Position numbers and translations under genes: made by a program. From assembly GCA_018646625.1 (NCBI GenBank), contig JABGUJ010000003.1:1-64000 (forward strand): 64,000 bases of DNA, given 5' to 3'. The DNA comes from Candidatus Woesearchaeota archaeon (GTDB taxonomy: Archaea > Nanobdellota > Nanobdellia > Woesearchaeales > JABGUJ01). The notes under the pieces are model-generated. The model was not told the DNA's origin, made no database searches, and was given only the letters and a program-made list of their open reading frames with translations. Position 1 is the stretch's first letter. Each line of letters starts with the position of its first letter. Positions 14,001-26,000 of the stretch are shown one piece after another.

Positions 14001-17000
14001 GATCATCCGTAGTAAAATTAGAATACAATACACCACTATCATTATACAAGAACACAGTCATATTCACATAATAATAATCAGTCGCAGTGACATTAGCTAA
14101 AATTACTGAGCCATTAGAATAACCCGCACTATGAGACGGAGAAACAAAGTGCAATACAGGCGCAGTCAAATCTAGAATTGTAACATTCCAATGTTCAGTA
14201 TCATTTCTGATTGAAGTATCTTGACCAACTTCAGCATAAGCAAAGAAATCGTAAGAAGTATTTAATCTGCCAGTCGCATTAACAAAGAAGGTCACTATCT
14301 GACTCTCAGACTCATTCAGATTAATAGTATAAGGATTAGTTGACATATTAGTGTAGAATGGAACAGTACCTGCAACAGTAGATATTGTACCCTTGTCAGA
14401 ACTCACACAAACACCATTTGAATAGGATAAACAAACATCATCTAATATCGCTTCTCCATGATCACCGGTACCACCATCACCTGTCCAAACTTTAATTCTC
14501 AAATTTTTATTCTTTAAACTATCATTCAGCGCCACAGTCTTATCTGTTAAAGTACCTAGCTGATAGATGTTATTATCTTCACATCCACCCCAAACCTCAT
14601 CTGACGCACCCCAACTACCAGTGTAAGGACACCTATATTCTAACAATTGATAATTCTCACTCTCATTACCGTCTTCATAAAGCATCAAACCATATCCCCA
14701 CTCATCATACTCATACGCTTTGAAATTGTAAGTAACATAGTCAGCATTTGCTAAAAACGCATCCGAATAAATATATGACTTCCACAAAGTATTTCTAGAA
14801 CCACCATAGGTTGATTTAAAATCCAACCAATTACCCTTATCACCAAAAGGATTAGTCGCAGTACTAACCTCGGCACGCTCATACGTGCCATCGGCAACTT
14901 CATAATAGGTCCAACCAGGAATATCTGTACAAGTTCCGTCCGCACCACTACAATCCCCAGTCAAACTAAAATCACAATTAGATATAGGACCACAATCAAT
15001 ACCACTTAAAGGATCCAAAGTAACATTCACATCACCACAATCCGCACCAGTACAACTAACATTCAGAGTAACATTAAACCAATAATATTGTGAAACAGAA
15101 GTACTTCCAGGAGGATACACCACAGATATACCAACATAAGGTCTTGCCAAAACAATAGTTCTAGACGTAATATTAACATTTCCTGATGTGTCAGTTGCCG
15201 TCACATTAACATAATAAGTCCCATATGGCAAGTCAGTTAATTGTATGTAAGAATCACTTGTGCTATTCATCAAACCAGTAGAATTATACACATTAACTAA
15301 AAGAGTATCAAGATATAAATCAGAGGCACTCACATTCACAGTGATTGTAGTAACTAAGTTATTCATTCCAGCATCAGTCGTATCATTCCCAAATTCCAAA
15401 CTAGGATTAGTTAAATCCAATATAGTGACATTCCACGTAGAACTAACGTCAGATATAGGAATTGGAAAATCAGTAGTATTTGCATAAACAAAGAATTCAT
15501 GTTCACTACTCAAATAACCCGTAGCATTAACCCAGTAACTCACCAGAGTACTCTCATTCTCACTCAAACTGATATTATACGGATTTGTAGTATTAGTAAA
15601 GAAAGGTACTGCAGAACTATCCATAGATATTAATCCACTTTTAACAGGAGCGTTCGAAACTAAAGTAACGTTATCAACCCAACCTTGATCACTACCTCCA
15701 ACCGAACCAGAATCTTTAGCATAATACCAAAGCAGAGTATGCGTGCCTGCACTTAACTCATAAGTTACTTGCGTCCAGTCTACAGTTCCAGATATGCCTG
15801 AAACAGTACCATAACCAGTATCACCAAACCTTCTACACCCAGCAACCCCATAACTTAAGTCCACACAAAATCCTAAATAATCATATGAAGACTCACTAGA
15901 AACCTTCCACATAAAACTCAAATTAGTATCTTCATATATAGTCACATCTTGAGTCAACAAAGAATACTCACTATGACCTATCGCACCAGTCTCCGCAGAA
16001 TAGTTACCAGAACTAACTACAGTCCCTTGCAATGACCAATTAGCATCCCCGCTTCTACTCCAGCCAGTAAAGTCATTAGTTTCAAAGTCACCATTAGTCA
16101 CTGCATCAAACGTAACAGGATCTAAACTAACATTTATCGCACCACAATCCATTTCCACACAACTAACGTTTACAACAACCTCAAACATCTGACCTGCAGA
16201 AACGTTAATTTCCGAAGAAGATGGAGTAATAATTTCCAAACTAATCTCAGGAGCATCTACAGTAAAATCAACATACTCCGAATTGTTCCAATTATCTTGC
16301 CAATCAAAGCAATAAACATTAGCAGTATAATCATTTCCCGCTTCAACACTTAGATTTGAAGTAAAACTAGTATTAGAAACAACAACAGACATGGTATAGT
16401 TCGTAGTACCATTATCTAGACTATAATAACAAGTAGTATTCTCATCAGTTGTTACATTTAACTGAACTAAAGTTGTAGAGTAATTAAATAACGCATCTCG
16501 CGAAGGCGCATCTATAGTAACATTCGGTACAGTAACATCTTGATTTGTAATATTAACATAGATCTGTGCATAATTCTCATTACCTATAGTATCATTAACT
16601 GTTAGATTAATCCAGTAAATACTTTCATTCAAAGAGGATGCATTCGTTAAATAACCCGTACAATTGATAGTAAACTGCGCTGTATCATTCACACTAAAAC
16701 AATCTATACCACTAATGTCATAAGCATCAAAGTCATTACTCCATGGCGGTCCATACTGTTTTGTTAAATTCTCAAGATCGGTAAAGACAGGTAAGGTTGT
16801 ATTCGTTACATTCACAGTAACAAACTCCGAAACAAGATTATTCGAAGTATCATTCACAGTAATATTCAAAATATACATACCTAGTTCCAAGAAAGTATTA
16901 TTCGTCAACACACCTGAGCAATTGATTGTAAAATTACCATCATCTACAGTAAAACAACTTAAGTCGTTATAATCAGATGCATTAACATCATAAGACCAAG

Positions 17001-20000
17001 TATAATTATATTCTAAAGTTAAGTTATCTGTATAATTAAATACTGGAGAAGTAGTATCGATTATAGTAACATTCCAGATTTCAGAAGTATTTCTTATAGT
17101 CAAATCATCCAATCTATCAGCATAAACAAAGAATTCATGCTCAGTTTCAATTCCGCCGGTAGTATTTACATACCAAGTAATGACTTGCGAGTCGCCTTGA
17201 CTCAAATTAACCATATAAGGATTTTGCACAGTAGTATAGAATGGCGTCGCACTAGTATTCATAGAAACAGTACCTTTACCTGATGCACGAGATATGGTAA
17301 CATAGCCATCATCCGAATTAGCTCCTTCAGAATTATTCTGATTTGTTCCATTGTTATAAGAACCGCCACCGCCACCAGCATAATTGTCACTATAGCCGCC
17401 ACCGCCACCAGAATAACCACCAGCACCACCACCGCCATGCCAACCATTGCCGCCACCGCCGCCAAAGCCACCAGGACCATTAGTTGAAGCAGTACCACCA
17501 GCACCACCTAATATAAATGCAACACCTCCAGTACTACGAGAGCCAGCAACACCACTACCATAATATCCTGCACCACCTGAACCACTAAAACTTCCAGTAC
17601 CCTTACCAGCACCATTACCATTAGTCCCCGCATTACCTGCAGAATTCCAACCATCAGTACCGTTAATACCAGTCACACCATCCTTACCATATTGGGTTGA
17701 ACTCGAACCACTAGAATCACCGCCACCGCCACCAGCCACTACTAAAGGAGTTGCGTCGGAATAATGAGTACCGGCAGCAACAAAAGTTCCACCACCGCCG
17801 CCACCATAACTAGTACACACACCTTTCTGACCAACAAGAATTTGTAAAACCTCTCCACCAACAAAATCAAACTCACCCGAAATTACTGCACCATCACCAC
17901 CATCAGTACAACCACCTTTTGCACCCGCAGCTTCAATAATATATGTTCCAGATTGCGGTACAGTCCAATTCTGAATACCACTATAGACCTGAACGTCACC
18001 ATCTAACAAAGTATCAGCATAAACAGAATCGCAACTAGCCTGTAAAGGTCCCGTTCGCCCCGTCACACCACAAGATGTAAAATTATAAATTGTTCCTGAC
18101 TCAGGATCTAAAGTAACATTAACATTACCACACTCATTATCGATACAGCTCACATTAATAGTGACATTAAACATCTCAAACTGAGAAGCATTCATGTGAG
18201 TAGTCGGATACAACACTTCTAAGTTCAATCGACCTTTATCTGTAACATTAATCCAGATAAGTGTATAATTCTCATTTCCAGAGGAATCATTAATAGTAAC
18301 ATTTAACCAATACAATCCAACAATACTTTGATTCATTTCAGTAACATTGCTAATAAAACCAGAACAGTTAACATCAAACACAGATGTATCATTCAAACTA
18401 AAACAACTCACACTAACATAATCACTTGAATTAATTTGATAACCATAGAAATCATCTTCATATATGGTTTGGTTTGTAAAATTAATAAACACGGGAGAAG
18501 TTCTATCTAATGTCAAATAAATCATACTGGTATTCACATTTCCATAAGTATCATTAGCCCAAACAGTAATATTACGATAAGACTCGGGCCACAATATAGA
18601 TGTAATATTTTCACAACCAACAAGAGTTATATTCTCTTCACCAGTATTATTCCTATACCAACAACTATCCAAGTTCAAGTCATACACACTATAATTAATA
18701 TCTAACCCGCCATCATTTGAGAAAGTATTGTTCAAAGGGTAAGTGATGTTCAAAGCCGGAGCAGTAGTATCCGTAATATTAACCCACATCAGACTCCAAT
18801 TAACATTATTAACTGTATCATTAGAAGTAATATTTAACAAATAGAACCCAACGGCCAACCAAGTATTATTCTGCAAATAACCCGAACAATTTATTGTGAA
18901 ATTAGTAGTATCATCAACAGTAAAACAACTAACGTTGTTTGAGTCTGTCGCATTAACATCAAAAGTAAACAACTCACCATACTCGTGAGTCACATTTGCA
19001 ATATATGATGAGTTAGTTATATTCACAAAGTATGGAGGAATTGTATCCGTTACATTTACCCACATAACATTTGAGAAATTGTTATTCGCAGTATCATTAA
19101 TTGTAATATTCAACCAATATACACCATTACTCAATTCAGTTGCATTAGTCAACACACCAGAACAAGTTATACTAAAATTAGTGTTATTAACAGCAAAACA
19201 ACTTACATCATTCTCGTCGCTCGCATTAATATCATAAGAAATACCATAAGCATGCTCCACAGTTTGATTTGAGAAGTTAGTAAACTCTGGCTCAGTCCAG
19301 TCAACAATAATCAACCTCTCGATAGTATTATTCAAATTACCATAAATATCAGAAGCATACAAATTATAAGTATAATTACCCTCCACCAGATCATCAGTAG
19401 CATTCAAACTCTGATTAACATAGAAATACCAATCATTTGCACCATATTTATTCAGATTAGAAACATATTGAATATAAACCTCATCGGCAGTTAAACTTCT
19501 ATTCCAAATTCGAACTTCATCTATAGTTCCATTAAAATAAGAAGAGCCAGCACCCACCCATTGATCTTCGCCTATAACTATAGGATTTGAGTTAGAAGGA
19601 ATAGCATCGGTTTTGGATGAAACACCAACAAGCACCCCATTGGAATAAAACCTAACATTTGTTCGATCATAAGTCACAGTAAGATGATGCCATCTTCCAA
19701 TCTCCAAGTCAGCATCAGTAGAATCAGAATCCCACAATCCAGGAATTGTAAATCTCAACTCATCAAGACTAACAGTGCTAGTATGAAACGCAAAAGCATC
19801 CTCTTTGGATAAGAAAGAAAAATCATTAGAAAGATTGTTAATATTTACCCAGACACTTAGAGTAATATTGCCAGAAATATTCAAACTCGAGCTACTCTCG
19901 ATTTCAACAGAATCGTCAACACCATCAAAATCAAATGCACCACCATACTTTCCACCAGATAGATTAAAAACAGATCCATTAACAACACCATCATTACCAT

Positions 20001-23000
20001 AATCACTAACATCAACAACATAACTATCATTCTCACCTAGTGCAGAAACATTATCAAAATTATACATTAAGACCAGAGAATCATTCCAAAAAGTATGGTT
20101 TGTACCATTCCAATCATAGTAAATATAATCCAATACGAATTCATTAATCGAAGCATTAACTAAGAAAGATCTTTCAGGTTGCCTAGTATTATTTGCAGGC
20201 GTTGGTGAGACAAAGCTCATCGCAGGAGGAGTTGTATCAAGAGTAATTTGTCTAGTTTCGGTTGAATTAGTATTATCTGCCGTATCGATCGCGGTAGCAT
20301 TGACATAATAAGTAGCATCAGTTAAGTTAGTGAAATTAACAAAGAACGGTGAAGAAGAATCACTTGAAGAAGTCACCAGACCACCAGTAGTGTTATAAAT
20401 TCCCACAACAATATTCGCAAGATGTGAATCTGAAGAACTTACGTTCACTGCAATCCAATCATTAGGATAAGTTCCATTACTCAATGTTGGAGATTCATAA
20501 TCAAGAGAAGGAGTCGTATCATCATCAATTGTAACATTCCAAGTAGATGTTATATTACTATTTGACAATCTCGAAGTTTTATTAGCAAATACAAAAAATT
20601 CATATTCATCAGTACCATCACCAGTAGCATTAACATAAAAAGTCACAATCTGACTCTCACCAGATAACAAACTAATATTATATGGGTTAGATGATTTATT
20701 AGTATAGAACGGAGTTTCTGAAATATTTGTTGAGATCAAACCACCTTTACCTGCTTCATAAGTAACGTTTTCTCTCACATAAATATAATACCATTCAGAA
20801 TCCGCAGGCCCTGCCAAGTAATTTTCACCACCAATACAACCTATATCGTTATTCCAGTCACCAGCAGGATTATATGTAGAAAATACAGCCCTATCATTTG
20901 CTTCAGGATCACCATCACCATGCCAGATCTTAATCCAATCATTTGTAAAGTAACTGCCTGAACGATTATAACTATCATAACTACCCCGCAAGCCAGTGTT
21001 CCAAGCACCACCTGTATTAGGCCCTGGATTAGGACCTGTAAGATTAATAAGTGCATCATAAGTCACATTAAGATGAGCCAGAATCATGCCATCTGTTGAA
21101 TAAGTTGACTCTAGCATTAAATCATCTACTGGCACAGAATCATATGCCGCACTTTTTCCTTGAGATGTTTGGTTTACCGAAGCAGTCGTGTAACCTTCAG
21201 TGAACCAACCAGCCCATGTTGATTTATGCGTGCTTGATGATCCTTGACTTGCAAATACCATTGTCCATCCGCCAGAATCTGTAGTCATGTCGCAATATAC
21301 TTCAATCGAAGATGAATTTTCATCGAATGGATATATAGTATAGATACCATCCCCTTGACTTTGACCTATGTCCAGTATCTCCTTACAAGAAACTGGAGTA
21401 CCAAGCGGATCTAAACTAACATTAATCTCTCGACAAGGAACCAAACTATCACATGAAACATTAACTGTAACATTAAAGAACTCATTTTGCGTCACATTAG
21501 TATGGTTCGTAGGATAAATCAAAGATAAACCAATTCTAGAATCCAACACAACAGTCCAAACTTCTGATTGATTTGAGTTCCCTTCAGTATCATTAAAGTA
21601 CCAAGTCCAAGATATCGGGCTCGAAGTTATGTTCTTAACAACACTAAGTTCCTCCCCACTACTAAAGCCTTGAGAAGTATCATTTATCCAATCGGTCCCA
21701 TTATAAAAACTAAAGATGTATTCGCTAGGAGAAGTATCATTTGCACTAATATTGAAATAAGCATCCTGTCCAAGATCAAAACTACTTGTCAAATTAGTTT
21801 TATTATCATACCAAAGAGGAGCACCGACTGGTTTAATAGTTACATTCCATCTTGAAGAAGTTTCTGAATTAGACATCTTTTCCGTTCTATTAACATAAAC
21901 AAAGAATTCATGTGTAGTTTCGATATAACCTGTAGCATTAACCCAAAAAGTCACAAGTTCACTTTCGCCATCACTTAAACTAATATTATATGGATTAGAT
22001 GATTTATTTGTATAGAAAGGCGTTGCAGAAGTATTAGTTGAAACAACTCCTGTTTTAATTGGAGCAGTCAATATAATAGTTACATAACCTTGACCAGTAT
22101 TATATCCGCCAACATTATATTGGCCAGCCCCACCATTATACGAACCACCGCCACCAGCACCAGCACTACTCGTGCCGCCACCACCGCCGCCAGAGTAGCC
22201 ACCGCCACCACCAGCAGAACCATAATAGCAATGTTCACCACCTGCGCCACCACCAAAGCCACCATCTCCACTATTAGTAGTACACTCAGTACCTCCTGTT
22301 CCACCATTAACAAATGCCAAACCCCCGGTTGAAGGAGAACGTCCATCATCACCATCAGTTGTCAAGCCACCGCCGCCAGAACCACCATTACCACTTGCCC
22401 CGGCAGAACCTCCAGAACCTGAAGTACCTCCCGAACTAGTTCCTTCTCCAGCCCTACCAGCAGTTTCATTAGACGCATCACTGTAACCGGAACGATCATT
22501 AGATGATGAATAAGCACCACCGCCAGCACCAGCAACAACTAACGGAGTATTATTAGAATAGACCACATAAGTTCCACCGCCACCACCAGAACCATAAGTC
22601 GCAGAGTCACCCCTCTGACCCACGAGAATCTGAACGACCTGACCTGCGTTTAAATAAAAAGTTCCATTTACCAAGGCACCTCTTCCAGGATAACTATTAC
22701 CACCACCTGCAGCACCTACAGCAACAATGGTATAACTGCCAGTAAAAGGCACAGTCCAATTTTGAATACCACTCGACACAGTAACTAAACTTTCTAAAGT
22801 AGTATTAGAGTACTCAGAGTCACAATTTCCTTGCGATGGTCCACTCCTCCCAGTCGAAGTACAAGTTGTAAAATTATAAACAGTAGTAGACTCAGGATCT
22901 AGAGTAACATTCAAGTCACCACAATCAAACCCAACACTACAGCTAACATTAACAACAACATCAAAACCTAAGTTCTGAGTCACATTAACATTCCCTGATG

Positions 23001-26000
23001 GAGAAATAACTTCAACACCAATTACAGCATCCAACAATAAACCCCAGACATCTGATTGATTACTATTACCTTCAGTATCATTAAAGTACCAAGTCCAATT
23101 AATCATACTCCCCGTAATATTTTTCAGAACAGATAACTCCTCACCATCGGTATAATTAACAGCAGAATCATTCACCCAACCAGTACCATTATAGAAGCTA
23201 AAAATATACTGACTAGAACTACTTTCATTCACAGTAATATTAAAGTAAACGGTATCACCATAAGAAGTTGAATCAGATAAATTAGTTTTATTCAAACTCC
23301 AAGTCGGAGCAACATAGTCACCTTCAACAATCGTAATATTAAGAATCTCGCTAGTATTTGATTGAGATTCATCATAAGTGATATTGGCATGAGCAAAGAA
23401 CTTATACACATCGTCCGAAGAACCTGTAACATTCACCCAGAACTCAATTTCTCTACTCTCACCAGCACTCATAGAAGATAAAGTGACTGGATTAGTCGAA
23501 CTATTTGTCCAAAATGGAGATGAATTAGTAGTAGACAACACACCATCGCTTCTAGGAGTATAATCTATTCTAATGTCATCCCAAGCCATACCATCGTTAG
23601 GCCAAGCAGTATTATCATATTGAGTAAACTTAATCTTAAAATTCTCATCAAGAGTACCACAAAAATCAGGATCAACAGTAACATTAATTGTTTGTTGAGT
23701 CCAACTAGTAAAACTCTCAGGAGCATTCATCAAATGATACCATAAAGTACCATCGCAGGTATAATAAACCGCATCCGATGTATGGCTCTGTCCAGAGTGA
23801 TCTCCACCCAGATTTAACTCATCACCATCATCGGACTCTCTCCAATAAAAATCAAGATAAACATAATCATGTCCTGTAAAATCATAACCAGTTATTAACT
23901 CATTCACACTTGTACTCCCATCAGCCACATTAGCCAAGACAGAGTACCCTCCAGAATATGCAGTCGTATCATTCACATCAATATAACCATTACCATCACT
24001 ACTATACGTGGTCCAGTCATCACCTACAAATGCGCCAGTATCAAAATTATCAAAGAAATAGAAATTGTCAGAATCTAAAGTAACATTAACATCACCGCAA
24101 TCTTCCTGCCCTGTGCAAGTTACATTAAAAGCCATACGATACATTCTCGCTCGAGTAGCGTTAGCATTAGAAGATGGAGTCACAAAAGAGACAGAAACAC
24201 TGGAATTAACAGGTTCAATAACAGACAAAGATCTTTCTTCGGTAGATAAATTAGATACGCCCTCAACAAAAACCTGATAAGTATAGTCACCAGTTGCTAA
24301 TTCATCTGTAGCATTCTTACTCTGATTAACATACAAATACCATTGCGTCGAGCTAAATTTGTTTAGATTTGAAACATATTGTTGATAAACTTCATTAGCA
24401 GTTAGACTTCGGTTCCAAATTCTAACTTCATCTATGTGACCATCAAAACCATTAGATTGCGAAGTACTAGATGCCCCTATAATAAGATTATCATTTATAT
24501 CGTCATCGCTATCAGTTGCTGCAGAACCTAAAAAATCCCCATCATAATAAGTTATTTTATTTGTACCATTATCTACTACTACAACATTATGCCATACATT
24601 TGGTGTTGGTTCATCATATTTGTTCATTCTATTACCTATTTGAGTTGTTAATAAATACTCACCAAGCGTACTATCAAGCCAGATATGGTAACCATCTCCC
24701 CCACTTCCTGCCGAACCTTTGGATAATATGTAAGAATTGCTAGAAGAACCATCCCAATTAAACCAAAGCTCAATTGTCATAGGATCTGTTAATCTTAAAC
24801 TCACATCATTTCCACAATCAACATAATCACCACTAGCATCAAACTCAAATCCACCATCATGCTTCCCACTTAAATCAGGACCAGAATCGGAATCAGGTAA
24901 AACACTAAAAGTCCCATTATTTTCATTCCCACTCAAATCCAAAATATTAGTATTGTTTTCTCCAAGAGAACTAACATTATCAAAGTTATACATCAAAATC
25001 AAAGAATCATCATACATAGTATAGTTAGTACCATTCCAATTATAAACAACAGAAGACAACCCACCCTCAACAATCGAAACATTTACCTCAACAGAAGTAT
25101 TTATTGTAGAAGACCCATTCGATAAAGTTGGAGAAACAAACTCAACAGAAGAATCTAAGAGAGAAACACTCCTCACATCAGTTTCATTAGAATTACTAGA
25201 ACCGTCCTCAACAAACACCTGATAGGTATAACCCCCATAATTCAAATCATCAGTTGCATTTTTACTCTGATTAACATACAGATACCATTGACTAGAATTA
25301 AACTTATTCAGATTAGAAACATATTGTTGATAAACATCTTCAGAAGACAAAGCCACATCCCAAATTCTCACTTCATCAATTGAACCATTAAAATAAGCAT
25401 TCTGCCAAATAGTTGTACCAACACGCAAATAATTATCAACCAAACTGTGACTTACAAAAGAACCAAGAGAATCTGTCTTGGACAACAAACCATCAATATA
25501 AGTCTTAACCTGCGAACCATCATTCACCCACACAACATAATGCCAGTCATCTTCACTTATAGATACAGAAGAAGCTGTAGCGAACCAATCACCCACAGAA
25601 CCTTGTCTCATCGCAAAAGAAATATTACCCCCCACAGACACACTAGTCTCCAAAGTATACGTGCCTGAAGAACTCCCATCATTTCCTAAACCAAGTATAT
25701 AACGACCAGTATCATTCTGCCTTGTTGAAATCCACACAGAAATTGTATAATCATCTCCCGCACCAAAATCTAAACCCGCATCTGAGTTAAAGATGACATC
25801 ATCAACACCATCAAAATCATATCCACCACTATACTTGCCAGAAGAATTAAAACTAGCTCCAATAACGGTACCTCTAAGATCAGATATTGAATTATCAACC
25901 ACCATCAAAGGCGCAGCAGAAACATTACCAATACTATTCAAAGAACCAGAAGTCTGTAGATGAACTGCGTTTGTAAAATCACCTGAAGTGTAGATCTCTT

